Below, one piece after another: positions 24,626 to 37,430 of a DNA stretch of 57,743 nucleotides. This DNA is from Octopus bimaculoides. Taxonomy: Eukaryota. Within the stretch, counting starts at the first letter, position 1. The number at the start of each line of letters is the position of its first letter. Location: positions 76,780,321-76,838,063 of the forward strand of contig NC_068985.1 of assembly GCF_001194135.2 (NCBI RefSeq), read 5' to 3'. The notes below the pieces were generated by a model, which worked only from the letters and a program-made list of their open reading frames with translations, did no database searches and was not told where the DNA came from. A program made the position numbers and the translations under genes.

Positions 24626-24946
24626 AATTGATGTATATATATATATACACACACACGCACACACGCGCGCGCTCGCTCACATTGGTCATAGTCATTAGCT
24701 TTCAAATATCCGTATATTCACGTGTTTCAAGAGATGACTACCCTCACTAAATCAAAACTTTAATGGTGACATAAAAATATGAGATGTCTGATTCCAAGTG
24801 CACAGCTAGATCTTGCAAAAATTGATTTAATAGATATGACAGGCGAGATAATGTACTGTCACGATATTGTCAAAGGAAGTTGAGTAAAGGGAACAAGTAA
24901 GGAAATATGTACAATTGCCTATAAACATACTCACATACACACGGAC

Positions 24947-24979
<33 letters not shown>

Positions 24980-25237
24980 AGAAAGTACATACATACTGAC
25001 CAGCGGATGACAACATAAGGCTAAAGATCAACGAGAAAGAAAATGCTTCCGCTGAACCATTGAGAAATCTACAGTTACTCTACCCAGACCATAAGTTCAG
25101 GTTGTAATTTTGGGGGCACTGGGATATGTAATACACAGCCCAAGTACCAATCTTGAGAAATTAGGCTTCTCAAAACCAGAAAGGGGAAAGCTGATTCGAA
25201 GACTATAGATCGAAGCCATCAATGGAACTAGGAACAT

Positions 25238-26980
25238 TAGGGTGGAGCGAAAAATGTACTTTTTAAATAGCTTTTCGAAATATATTTTCAAGAATATATT
25301 TTTTAATTGTGAAATCCTTTAAAAACAACTGTTAAAATCTGAAATTCTTAAATTTATATCTTCAGGCTCTGCAGCCCACTTGAAATTTTAAATAATGAGC
25401 GAAAAATTAATTTATAACACGTTTACTGTTCCTCCTTTTATTTTTATATTCATTATTGTTATGTCTCGAGTTACTGCTATCTAGCACCTTCGGATGATCT
25501 CTACTCAACCGCTACACAACTGCTTCTCGACACTCCTACCACGGCCAGACTACCTCTATTTATATGTCTTGGGAGATCCTACTTCTTCGCCTGGGGGCGT
25601 CGATACAACATTATTACAAATTGATTTTCTTTTGTGAAATCCTTTGTAAACAAGAGTCTTAAAATTTGAAGCTCTAAAATTTATATTTTTAGGCTCCGCA
25701 ACACACTTGAAATTTCGAAATTTATGTAAAATAAATAGACTTTTCGACTGTTTTCTTTATTGTTTTTAATACTAGGCCACCAAATATATGTGTTACATGA
25801 GGTCTAGATTACACACACATTAAAAGAAATTAAATTGCCAAGATTATAGCAGAAAAGATAATTCTTCTTTGGCAAAAGGCATCAATCCTTCTTGTTATGA
25901 TTGAGTCATTTAAACCGAAAATCTTAAACTTTCCTTTGCTGACGTAGAAGGGCGACTATGATTTGATCGATTCTTTCTTATCAACCTCTGAACTTTCTGT
26001 TTAGATACTGCTTGATCTATCCCACCAATCATCATTTTTCGATTTGTCTGTTGATCCTGTAAAAAATCTTGCACACTTTGTGATACTTTTTTGTCTCTAC
26101 TGTAACTTCGGTTTTTAAAGGAGTTGCACTTGCAACAGGAAATGTCAAATAAATCTTTTGTTGCATTGTTTTTAAACACATTACACTTTGTTTGAACACA
26201 TTTCATCTATTTTTCACAGATTTTAGTAATGCTTCGTACTTCGATTAAAGTTTAAGATTTTCGGTTTAACTGACTCAGCCGTAACACTATGGATGGATGC
26301 CTTTTGCCAAAGAAAAATGATCTTTTCTGCTACAATCTTGTCAACTTGTTTAATTGTAAGATCTTTCTTAACTAAATTCTTTTCTTTTTCTTGTTCAAAT
26401 AAAACACATTTTAGTACGTCCTTGTAAGTTGGCAAAACACGCTCGTTAAGATCACGTGGAGTACTAAATATTGGGCACTCAATATCATAGCGCGTTATTG
26501 GGTTATGAGTCATCACTAAATGTAAACAGCACTAAATTTAACACAATCATTAATTTTAATACGCTGGTCTAAAGTCAAGGTACAAAGCAGAAAACTTCAT
26601 GCACGACATACGTCCACACGCAACGGCCCTTGCAGCAGCACTGGGGAGCAATTCACACTCCTGTTCTCTTTCTAGTCAATGCGGAACTTCAATATATTAG
26701 TCAATTATATTGAAACTTGGTGTGCAACCTCTTAAGGATACTATATTTACTGTTTTTTGCATTCTACTATAAAGAAATATGTATTCGTTACAACTTATAA
26801 TCCATGAAATCCAAAATTCGATCCAAAATAGCAATTTTAAAAATTTTCATTTGCGTTATGAAGCCTGAAAAAAATATATAACCGCAAAGTTCTTTATACA
26901 CCTGTATTTTAACCTTAATTCACAACTGAATATCAATTCTTGGTTATCAATTTCGAAAGTTGCATTTTCATTCCACCCTA
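25238..26980 (-). mobile_element. hAT-superfamily (hATm-like) element, internally deleted
   Basis: TIRs tagggtggagcgaaaaatg and cattttcattccacccta; 8-bp TSD aggaacat (25230-25237) / aggagcat (26981-26988); minus-strand N-terminal transposase remnant LPTYKDVL...LWQKASI...LFDISCCKC...FLQDQQTNRKMMIGGID; subterminal repeats near 25303-25440 and 25628-25765. Confidence 0.75.
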
Positions 26981-27529
26981 AGGAGCATGTCTAGACATGC
27001 AACTATATGCATGAGAATACATACATAAAACAAAATATACAAATCTGCACATGTACTGGCTCCAAATACTGCACATATACACACATGCAAGCAGAAATAT
27101 CCTGTTGGTGTTGTTGAAATTCCAATAAACAAGCCTTGACTCTAGGTTAGAAACCAACGCCTTCTCTGTTGGCAGGAAATTTTGAAATAAAACTGAATGA
27201 CATACATATATAGACACGTCTGTGTATACATACATGTACATACATACCTACACAGACATACAATAATTCGACTTAAATGTTCAAACCATAGGAACAAATA
27301 TGAAATAATCTAAGATAAATAGTAGGTAAAATGGGATAAATTTATAGTACAGTAGCGTGGTGTGGTAACGTGATGTTGACACATACACTTTGATTGTGAT
27401 GTCAAAGATGAACAGGATAAATGAGTACAAAGTCTAACTTGATGGTACATGATATTGAATAATGTTCGATAACGTGACATGATGCAGAATGTTGCCTGGA
27501 GCAAGCAAAAGGTTGAGAGATTTGCAAGT

Positions 27530-27890
27530 AAAGATGTCATTGTTATTTATGATGATTTTTTGGAGAGTTAAGAAACGTGAAGATGAGTTCTACGATGTAT
27601 ATATGAGTACCTATGATAGTGTTAAAATATCAGGTCTTTCCAGTGTATTTTTATTACGAACCTTGAAAAATAGAATTAAAGATGCAAATATGACATGAAA
27701 TAGAGATGATGGACTCACTGTATGCCATAACGACATGAACATACTTAGATAGAGGTTCATTAATACATTCTGACAATTTAATCTAAAATATCCAGAAATA
27801 GTTAACCTCCTAGATATAACATTAAATTTAAACATAGCTAGACATTACTTATACTATGATCCGAATAAGGAAGTTATATTTCCAACCACA
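27530..27890 (+). pseudogene. Penelope-like reverse transcriptase remnant
   Basis: DVYMSTYDSVKI (cf. DVTMGSYDGAEI), RDDGL, VNLLDITLNLN..HYLYYDPN (cf. VNFLDVTLNL...Y.KPN). Confidence 0.7.
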
Positions 27891-29107
27891 ATTAAGTGGT
27901 GAAATATATTATGTACCCTCCTCATCAGGAACATAGCTGTAAAAATACAACTAATTGTTTTCTTAGCAATGTATCCCCTTTATCTGAGGAACTTGTATTT
28001 AGATATATGCGTTCAAATATCTGTATTAATTACTGAAGGCACATGATGAGAACCTGATACACACAATGCAATCATTCGTTTAGATAAAGAGCAAACGCAA
28101 TTCCACTGCATTGTCAAAGTATACCTGGTAGTTGTAGGCACAAGACTAAGGAAACTTGCAAGCAAATAGATTATAGCCACAAAGACATGGCAGCAATTGC
28201 AATTTGTGTGTAAATGGAGAGCTTAATATACTGGCCTTGTCAGCTAATATCTTTAAAAGAAAAGAAGTAGCTCATATTAAATTTCAAACTACAATGTTTC
28301 ACGTTTCCAAATACATTTCAATCACAATTTGGTCAAATACCTGAACAACACTTAGTATATACTTTCACTTCTTTTGTATTTGTTGTACGAGGGAACTGCA
28401 ATGCGAGGAAATAAGATATTGACAGAACATTCTAACCATCAGCCGGTCCGATTTCTGTATTCAAATCATTACATGTCCCTTATTTCGTTAAATGCAATGT
28501 TTGTACTTATCTTCGTTATTTCAGGAAAGGGCATTCATGCTCGGGTTGTAATAAATTGAACAAGCTCTTCGCCAAAGTCAGGTGACGGGCCAGTTCCGCA
28601 AAATGACAATTAACTATTAGTGGTTCAGTTACATATCTCATATCTTAAGAGATATCTGAATGTGTAATGTATTCAACTCTTAAACTTTTAAACCAACCTC
28701 ACAGAGAAACAAAGCTACGTCACATACACTGTGATGTATTTGATTCTCAAGCTTCCATTTAAGCTCATCCTGGAGAAATTAAGGACCCTCCGCATCCGCA
28801 AGGTCTCCAAAACTCACCAGTCATGAATTTTTAACAATTGCAGAACTATGTGAGTGACTAGGTCGCTAAGATGCAACAAAAGAAAGTGACGTTCAAGAAA
28901 TAAGCAAGTGTTTTGTGTTCTCTTAAATGGCTAAAATGAACCTTCTAAGATTTAATTACGATCATAAAGAAGTAGCTTCCTTCACCAAACAATAGTTGAT
29001 GGCTTATTTGTTTGTCAAAGCAGAACAGCTTGTGGGAATTATTTTCAGTAGTGTTGATAGTTTCGTTTTATGTTTGTTTGTTTGTTTATTTGTTTGTTTG
29101 TTTGTGT

Positions 29108-29139
<32 letters not shown>

Positions 29140-29329
29140 TTTATGAGAAAACATAATTGAAGAATAAATTAAATGTACGATAAATAGTACTAATTATATT
29201 GTTTCCTGTATTTGACCTCTGAATCTTAGGGCTCTGAAAAGAGGTTAAAATGCAGTTTAGAGGTTTAAAAATTGAAATCGACTAGAAGCGAAGATAGTGA
29301 TATACCATACAGAACTGGTGAAATCATTT

Positions 29330-29559
29330 TGTAGGGCACTGCCCAAAGATTTATGACAGACGAACTGTAGACAGGAACTTTGCTGCAGGCTAGTTAGAGG
29401 ACTGGTTTGTGGCAAAGTTGACTTCCAGTTAAGTAGGTTTACTACAAAACAGGAGTTGACTGGCGGCTGTTGCCCTCGTGTATTTAACTGAATACATCTT
29501 TCACTAACACATTCTGGGTCTCCGTTAAATTTTTTGTGCCTAGCTTAACTAAAGCTACA
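29330..29559 (+). repeat. 5' LTR
   Basis: tgtagggc...aaagctaca (TG...CA) directly followed by PBS-like sequence. Confidence 0.7.
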
Positions 29560-29572
29560 ACTAGTAACCCCG
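29560..29572 (+). promoter_or_regulatory. Degenerate primer-binding site
   Basis: actagtaaccccg versus the common Gypsy PBS actggtgaccccg. Confidence 0.6.
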
Positions 29573-29614
29573 CAGAAGAACAACAGCTTACGCTTCATCA
29601 AAGTAAAAAGAAAC

Positions 29615-30026
29615 ATGGCAAGCACAACAGAAACACAACAGCACTGAAGCCACCACAATTCTGACCGAAGAGGGCTGAGCCAGGGTTCGTGCAGGCGGAA
29701 GTGCAATTTAACACATGCAAAATAACTTCAGACATAATGAAATATTCATACGTAGTAGCGGCACTAGATGAGGACATGGCAAAGAGGGTGCTGGACATTT
29801 TAACCAACTCCCAACAATGCACAAATACACCACGTTAAGAGACAGGCTGGTGAATACATTCCAGCAGAGTGACTGGGAAGCTGCAGCCAAGATACTGGAG
29901 GAAGAATTAAGTGATTCCAAACCTTTGGAATTGACGAACAAGATGTTGGCATTAGTTCCTCCATTGAGTCACTTTCCTTTTTCTTTGGGGAAATATTCCT
30001 CCGCAATTTACCACCCAGGCAGTTAG
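29615..30026 (+). pseudogene. gag: Gag remnant
   Basis: KPPQF*P...FVQAEVQF...ITSDIMKYSYVVAALD...KYTTLRDRL...SKPLELTNKML. Confidence 0.8.
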
Positions 30027-30189
30027 TGAAAGCAGCCAACAAACATTTTTTACCCAGTGGTGTTATGGTTTACGCCATAGGGTCAGCCCTGAGACATGGT
30101 AGAGCTAAGTAAGACGACCTGGGAAAAGGGTTATGAAGTGCAAACAACCATGTAGTTTCAGGATCCCTTGGCCATCAGCCCTGGGAAAC

Positions 30190-32880
30190 TCCATCAACTG
30201 CTCCTCTATGTCTACGATCAGAGCTCTGGACGTAGATTCCTAATCGACACAGAAGCAGAAGTCAGCATGATCCCAGCGTCAGCAAGGGACGTCTGTTACA
30301 GAAAGCGGGGCTAACCTTTAACGGCTACCAACGGCTCCACAATCGTGGCATATGGTCGCTGCATCCTTTCTCTCCACAGCGGCTCACAAAAATATACATG
30401 GGCATTCATCATCACCGATGTCCATCAGTCCATTATTGGGGCAGACTTTCTTCGAGCACACTTGTTTCTGGTTGATTGAAGGAGACTCAACTCATCAACA
30501 GCAACACATACGCTTCCATGTCTCTGACAACATCTGCACATGCCACCCACTGCATAGCATCGTCTCTCAGACTGAGAACGAATTCTCGAATCTCTTTGTG
30601 TGTTGCCCCAATCTCACTACCGTTGCCCCGCGTTGCCCTGCATTGCCCCAGTCTACCCTGAAATTCTCCAGATCTACAGTCCACCACAGAGTAACACGCC
30701 ACATCCCCATCACCGACACCCCCACCCCCAGTGCACAGCCGCACACGTCGTCTATCACCAGACAAACTTACTGTTCCAAAGGTCAAGTTTGACAATATGG
30801 AGGCGTTGGGCATATCTCGCTGATCAAGCAGTCTCTGGATATCCCCCTCTGTATGTGGCACCGAAACCTAACAGAAGTTGATGACCTTGCGGAGATTACC
30901 ACCGTCTCAACGCAGACACAACACCTAACCGCTACCTCATTCCACATACACAGGACTTCTCTGCCCAACTAGTCAGGTGCTCAATTTTCTCGAAGGTCAG
31001 CCTTATTTGAGGTTACCATCAAATACCAGTATAAGACGACGATATACCTAAAACTGCTGTGATCACTCCTTTCGGGCTATATGAATTCCTATGTGCACCC
31101 TTTGGCCAAAAATACTCAGCACAATCCTTCGAATGCTTGCTGGACACTGTGTATAGGGGTCTTGATTTTGTCTTTGTATACTTAGATGATATCTTTATCA
31201 CAAGCCAAAATTCGGAGCTGCACAAGAAGCACCTAGTGACTCTTTTTGATAGACTGGAACAGTATGGTCTAGTAATCAACCCCATCAAGTGTGTTTTTGG
31301 TGTTACAGAAATCGACTTCCTGGGAAATCAAAGCACAGGTGATGGTGTTATACCCCTTTCAGAAAAAGTGAAAGCTATCTTATCCTTTCCCCGCCCCACC
31401 ACAAGCAGAGCTCTACACCAATTTCTGGGCATGGTAAACTTTTACCATCGTTTCATCCTTTCTGCAGCAAGAGTGATGAGACCCTTATACAAGGCACTAT
31501 CAAAAGATGGTTCAAAAAGACAGGTGAAATGGGATGGTGTAATAATCTCAACCTTCAGATCCATAAAACAAGCCCTGGCTAAAGCAACTGTGCTGTTCCA
31601 TCCTCATATCTCAGATTGGACTGCACTCATAGTCAATGCCTCTGACACAACCAATGGGAGAATTTTGGAAAAACGCATCAATAGTCAGTGGCAACAACTC
31701 ATCTTCAATCGACAACTACGACCTCCTGAACAGAAATACAGTGCTTTTGACAGGGAACTGCTGGCTGTCCCCCACTTTCACTATTTTCTTGAAGGTCACA
31801 CGTTTCCAATGTTCACAGACTACAAACTGCTTATTTTTGCTATGAGCTAGCTCTTGGAGCCTTGGTCTGCACACCATCAGCGACAGCTATCAGCCATTTC
31901 TGAGTACATCACAGACATCAAACACAGGTGGAAAAGGTAATCACCAATGCATTCTCTCATGCTCCTACCTGCTCTCACACCTACCTAGCGCCAATAACAG
32001 AAGGTCTGGATTACGAGGCGCAATGGCTGCAGCCCAACAGACAGATGACGAGATCAGGGCCTACTGCACTGCCATCACGTCACTTTCCTTGCAGGATGTG
32101 CACTTTGGCTCCAACAGCACAAGCCTACTTTGTGATGTATCACTGAGAAGCCACGACTGATCATCTCATTAGTCTAGCACAGGAAAGTGTTTGACATCAT
32201 TCACGGACTGTCCCACCCGGGTACTAGAGTCACATGGAACCTGCTATCAAGCAAATTTATCTGGCAAAATATGGCCAATCAAACTGGAGAGTGGACCGAG
32301 ACCTGCATTCCCTGTCAACAAGCCAAGGTCCATCAGCAACCATGAACCACCACAGGCTCATTTCAGCCATGTCAACATTGACCTTGTTGGCCCCCTACCA
32401 CCTTCACAGGGTTGCTCGCACCTACTGACCTTGGTAGTAGACCAGTATACTCGTTGGCCTGAGGTTATCTCTCTCCGCAACACGGAAACACAAGAAGTCA
32501 GCTGAGCCTTCATCACAAACTGGGTTGCCTGTTTCAATATCTTAGGCAGCATCTCATCTGATTGGGGTCCACAATTCACCTCAAATCTGTGGAATGACAT
32601 GTGTAACTTTTTGGAATCACAATGAAGTACACAACAGCCTACCATCCACAAGCCAACGGGTTAGTGGAGAGATTTCACTGCCGTCTGAAGGAATCCCTGA
32701 CAATCAAAATTAATGGGCCCAGTTGGATTGATCCACTTCATGGATAATGCTGGAAATTTGTACCACCCCAAAGGAAAATTTCAACACTTCTTCCACAGAA
32801 ATAGTGTATGGTACCCCTCTTACAGTGCCAGGAGAGTTCCAGATGTCAAAAGGTACCTTGTGCAACTGAGAGACAGTGTG
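30190..32880 (+). pseudogene. pol: Pol remnant (protease, RT, RNase H, integrase) with many stops and frameshifts
   Basis: FLIDTEAEVS; CGDYHRLN; ITPFGLYEF...VYLDDIFI; KYSAFDRELLA; IDLVGPLP...DQYTRWPE; SDWGPQF; HPQANGLVERFH. Confidence 0.92.
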
Positions 32881-33439
32881 GGCCAGTTGCACCCTATTCC
32901 CATGTCAACACATGGTATATCTACTATACTTAGTAACAAACATCATAGAGAAGGTAATTCGTGGCTTGCATGTCAACGCATAACCAACACGGTTACATTA
33001 AGTAATGCAATAATCCTGCATGACTGAGCTGTAGAGAAAGAACCAATAGGAAATGGGAGCATTGGAGCGTTGTTCCTGTCACTAAATGATCGTATTTCAC
33101 TGTTATCATCTCCACTTAATTTTCATTTACTACTTTTAATTCTTATAACTCAATGTTAACTCAGGTCAGAATACTTTTCTCACTTGCTCACGAACTTATT
33201 TCCTTTTGTGAAATTTATCACCAAAAGGAAAGAAAAACAAAACAAAATCAAGGTTTGCCTTTCATCTGACCTTCCTCTCTCTTTCTTTTTTTTTTATAAT
33301 CATTTTCTTATTACAATATAGGTGGGGATATTTGTTGTGTCTAGTAATAGATTTCATTTTATAAAACATTTTATAATTGGTCAAAAACATGTGACAGAAA
33401 TATGAAATAATTTTATCAGTATTTATTGGAATATAACAC

Positions 33440-33456
33440 ATCTATCTATCTATCTT

Positions 33457-33507
<51 letters not shown>

Positions 33508-33632
33508 ATCTTTCTTTCTTTCTATCTATCTATCTATCTATTTATCTATGTCTATCTATCTATCTATTTTTCTATCTATCCATCTATCTATCTATCTATT
33601 TATCTATCTCACTCTCTCTCTCTCTTTCCCTC

Positions 33633-33671
<39 letters not shown>
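33440..33671. repeat. (TCTA)n/(TCTT)n/(TC)n/(TG)n compound microsatellite
   Basis: Direct observation. Confidence 0.9.
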
Positions 33672-33674
<3 letters not shown>

Positions 33675-34020
33675 GGCACATGGCTGAGTGGTTAGAGTAT
33701 TGGGCTCACAATCATAAGGTCGTGAGTTTGATTCCCAGTCTGGGCTGTGTGTTGCGTTCTTGAACAAGACACTTTATTTCACGTTGCTCCAGTTCACTCA
33801 GCTGTAGAAATGAGTTGCTACATCTCTGGTGCCAAGCTGTATCAGCCTTTGCCTTTCTCTTGGACAACATCAGCAGCATGGAGAGGGAAGGCTGGTATGC
33901 ATGGGCAACTGCTAGTCTTCCATAGACAACCTTGCCTAGACTTGGGTCTCAGAGGGTAACTTTCTAGGTGCAATTCTATGGTCATTCATGACCGAAAGGA
34001 GGGTCTTTACCCTTTTTACC
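33672..34020 (+). mobile_element. SINE family B, full length, tRNA-derived head
   Basis: A box tggctgagtgg, decayed B box gagtttgattccc, V-domain-like tgttgcgttcttgaacaagacacttt. Confidence 0.75.
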
Positions 34021-34904
34021 GTTTATATATATATATAATTGTTAAAGAAGACAACAAACTTTAAGGCAAGGCAAACATCTCAAGTCATATACGTTATTAT
34101 TGGAAAAAGAATTCTAAATCTTATATCTGTTTCTGGGATATCCCAAAGTATGGAATATTCCGTCATTGGAGACAAATAGGGAAAATGAGAAGGGTATAGA
34201 TGAATAAAATGACAAAATAGAGGACAGGAATAAAGGAATAATTAGATGAAGAAAGAGAAGAAAATGAAGCATAAAAGTTCACAGTTCAACTTTCCGATCA
34301 TGTAGAAGTAAGTCTGTAAGTCCTTAGATGCAATCCTGCATTTATGCAGGATTAACATCTGTTGCCTTAACATCTGTTGTCCTCTTTAATATATCAGCTA
34401 TATTGGAAATCTGCAATCGCTCCATAACTACCATCTCAGCTATGACCTCGGAGCCTTAGTAATTCGTTACTAACCCCCTTTCTATCTCGCTCACGTATTT
34501 TTTTCTCTAGAGAGAAAAAGAAGTAGAGGTAGTGAGACAGACATATACGACCAGAGAGAGAGAGAGAGGGAGATAGTGAGAGAGATAAAGACAAAGAGAG
34601 GGGCGTAGAGGTCTGGCGGTGACTTCAAAGGAATAAATGTAATATATAAACTTAGAGAAAGCTGGAGATGGATTGAGTGATAGGTGGAGTATTTTTTCAC
34701 TCTGTAAAAAGCATTACGGTGAAGTAGACAACATGGATTTCTAGAAATAGGAGCCAAAATACCACCAATCATTCTGTTTTCAGAAAATAAGTGCACAGTT
34801 ATCTGTGGAATTGTCAAATTAATTTAAATGACACAAAAACCTGAAGTATTATCAATTTTATTTAGTATTTTCAGTGGCCAATGTACAAACAGACTTTGCT
34901 TTTT

Positions 34905-35051
34905 ATAAGGATGGTTGGCATTAGACAGGCCATCCAGCTGTAGAAACAAAGCCAAAACAGCCAAAGAAACCATGCCTGGTGCAGCTCTCTAGCTTATCAG
35001 TTCCAGTCAAACTGTCTTATCCATGCCAGCTTGGAAAACAGACGCTAAACA

Positions 35052-35117
<66 letters not shown>

Positions 35118-35118
35118 C
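34905..35118 (+). mobile_element. SINE family C / RTE 3' tail with long (GAT)n
   Basis: ggttggcattagacaggccatccagctgtagaaac...ccatgccagcttggaaaacagacgctaaac(aat)(gat)n. Confidence 0.75.
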
Positions 35119-35949
35119 TTAAAAGTTGAAGTTTACTGAACAAAACTAGTGACAGTCAATGAATTGAGGACAGCCATTGAACAAAATTGCACACAAATAT
35201 TGAATGAAATGTTTCTTTATGTTTGTGATTTTATTGTTTGCATTAACAACAGTTACTGGAGCAGAACAGTTACTGGTTTGAAGATAGGTATTCATAAAAA
35301 AAAATTTGTCAGTTAATTCTATCAAATCTTGAAAATAAAATCTATTAGACATTATAATCATTTAATGTAGGGATCCCCAAACTTTTACAACCAAATTTCA
35401 CTATTTTCCTCTCGTTCTGGTCTAATGACCCTCCATGTTTGTTTCCGTTCGGTTTCCTTGTATGCCTACACTGCCTGGATTTTGTTCCCAAATTTGACCT
35501 TCCATAAGCCCAAAATTCTATTTTGGAATTTATGGGAGCTGGCATGTGTTGAAGTAAAGCCTTACAGTAGGGACATAAGATTTGACAGGCACAGGGAGGA
35601 ATATAAATGTTGCATGGATGGTAGTCAAACCAAGAAAGAAAGGTCAGACTTGGCCTAACACTGGTCACGTGGGGAGAGAAGAGAGAGAGATAGAGGCTGA
35701 GGGATAGAATAATTAAGGAGGGGCAAGAAAAAATTGAGACATAGTGAAGTGAAAGAGGAGGGAAGGTGAGCATGAAGAGAAAGCCAGGAAATGTGAGAGA
35801 GGGGGAACAAAAGAACGAAGAGTGGAATGAAGTGTAAAAGGGCTGATAGAAAGAAGGAAAGAATGAAAGAATAGAAAGAATAATAGTCGTACAAAATTCA
35901 GATATATTAATACTTACATATAAGAGACCAACGTGTACGTACGCCACTA

Positions 35950-36260
35950 TATTTTATATATAAAAAATACAAAAATGGGACAAGAATGCAAAACATCCAG
36001 ACAGTTAAGTGATAAAAAAAAGGAACAACAAAACATCCAGACAGACGATACAAAGAAAACAAGGACGGGTCATTATCTCAAGTATAACCAGCTGAAATTG
36101 CAAAGATAATCTGAAACTCAACTGAGGATAGAAAACTCTGAATGACCCGTCCTTGTTTCCTTTGTATCGGCTGTCTGGATGTTTTGTTATTCCTTTTTTG
36201 TATCACCTAACTGTCTGGAACGTTTTGCATTCTTGTCCCATTTATGTATTTTATATATAT
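35950..36260. repeat. Fold-back of two about 125-bp arms around an about 65-bp core (Penelope-like inverted pLTR pair)
   Basis: 35955-36075 is the reverse complement of 36140-36260; the core plus right arm match 19915-20100. Confidence 0.75.
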
Positions 36261-36263
36261 ATC

Positions 36264-37430
36264 ATCATCATCATCATCGTTTAACATCCACTTTCCATGC
36301 TAGCATGGGTTGGACGATTTGACTGAGGACTGGTGAACCAGATGACTACACCAGGTTCCAATCTGATTTGGCAGAGTTTCTACAGCTGGATGCCCTTCCT
36401 AATGCCAACCACTCCAAGAGTGTAGTGGGTGCTTTTACATGCCACCGGCACGAAGATCAGTCAGGCGGTACTGGCAACAGTCACACTCAAAATGGTGCAT
36501 TTTACATGCCACCTGCACAGGAGCCAGTCCAGCGGCACTGGCAACGATCTCGCTCGAATGTCTTTACACATGCCACCGGCACAAATGCCAGGAAGGCAAC
36601 GCTGGGCACAGGTGACATCACGATTTCGCTTTGGCTTGCCCCAACAGGTCTTCGCAAGTGGAGTTTAGTGTTCAATGAAGGAAGGTACGCATNNNNNNNN
36701 NNCTCTTTCACAGGTTCCCTCAACTGCTAGGGTGTGGCACTTTTTCACACAGCTATCGTCATCCATTCTTGCCACATGACCATACCAGCGCAATCGTCTC
36801 TCTTGCACACCACAACTGATGCTTCTTAGGTTCAACTTTTCTCTCAAGGTACTTACACTTTGTCTAGTATGCACACTGACATTACACATCCATCAGAGCA
36901 TACTGGCTTCATTCCTTGCAAGCCTATGCATGTCCTCAGCAGTCACAGCCCATGTTTCACTGCCATGTAGCATGGCTGTTCATACACATGCGTCATACAG
37001 TCTGCCTTTTACTCTCTGAACTTTGCCCAGGCTATTCTTATTCTAGCAGCTATATTTTCAGCGCACCCACCCCCACTGCTAATTTGGTCACCTAGATAGC
37101 GGAAGCTATCAACTACGTGTAGTTTTTCTCCCTGGAATGTGGCCAAAGTTGTTTTCTACATATTTTCAGTGTTTATTGCTCCCGAACATCTGCCACATAC
37201 AAAAACTAACTTCCTAGTTAACCTTCCTTTGATATTGCTGCACCTCTTATATGTCCATAACTTACACTGGGTAAATCTTATAGAGTTTCTACCTACAACT
37301 TTTCTACAGATAGAGCAGGGTCATCTACCTGAAGGGGTTTGTGTTTTGTCTACCTTCCTACTTATTAGGACTTTGGTTTTAGTTACGTTGACTCTGAGGC
37401 CCTTCGGTTCTAGTCCTTGCTTCCACACCT
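36264..37430 (-). mobile_element. RTE-clade LINE 3' fragment (RT C-terminus, 3' UTR, (GAT)n tail)
   Basis: GLRVNVTKTKV...Cys-rich insert...VDSFRYLGDQISSGGGC..ARIRIAWAKFRE...MLHGSETW...ERRLRWYGHVARM; the tail equals family C. Confidence 0.9.

Larger units (their letters stand above)
29330..32915 (+). mobile_element. Decayed Ty3/Gypsy LTR retrotransposon (CsRn1-like gag), 3'-truncated
   Basis: 5' LTR, PBS, gag, PR, RT, RH, IN in Gypsy order; no second LTR found. Confidence 0.92.

Noticed and set aside
28745-28856. Exon-like segment ending in a gtgagt donor
   Set aside because: All three frames contain stops before the donor; no support for coding
34332-34353. Perfect 10-bp hairpin aatcctgcat-tt-atgcaggatt followed by a short tandem duplication
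   Set aside because: Isolated, with no supporting element context; consistent with a local repair or slippage event
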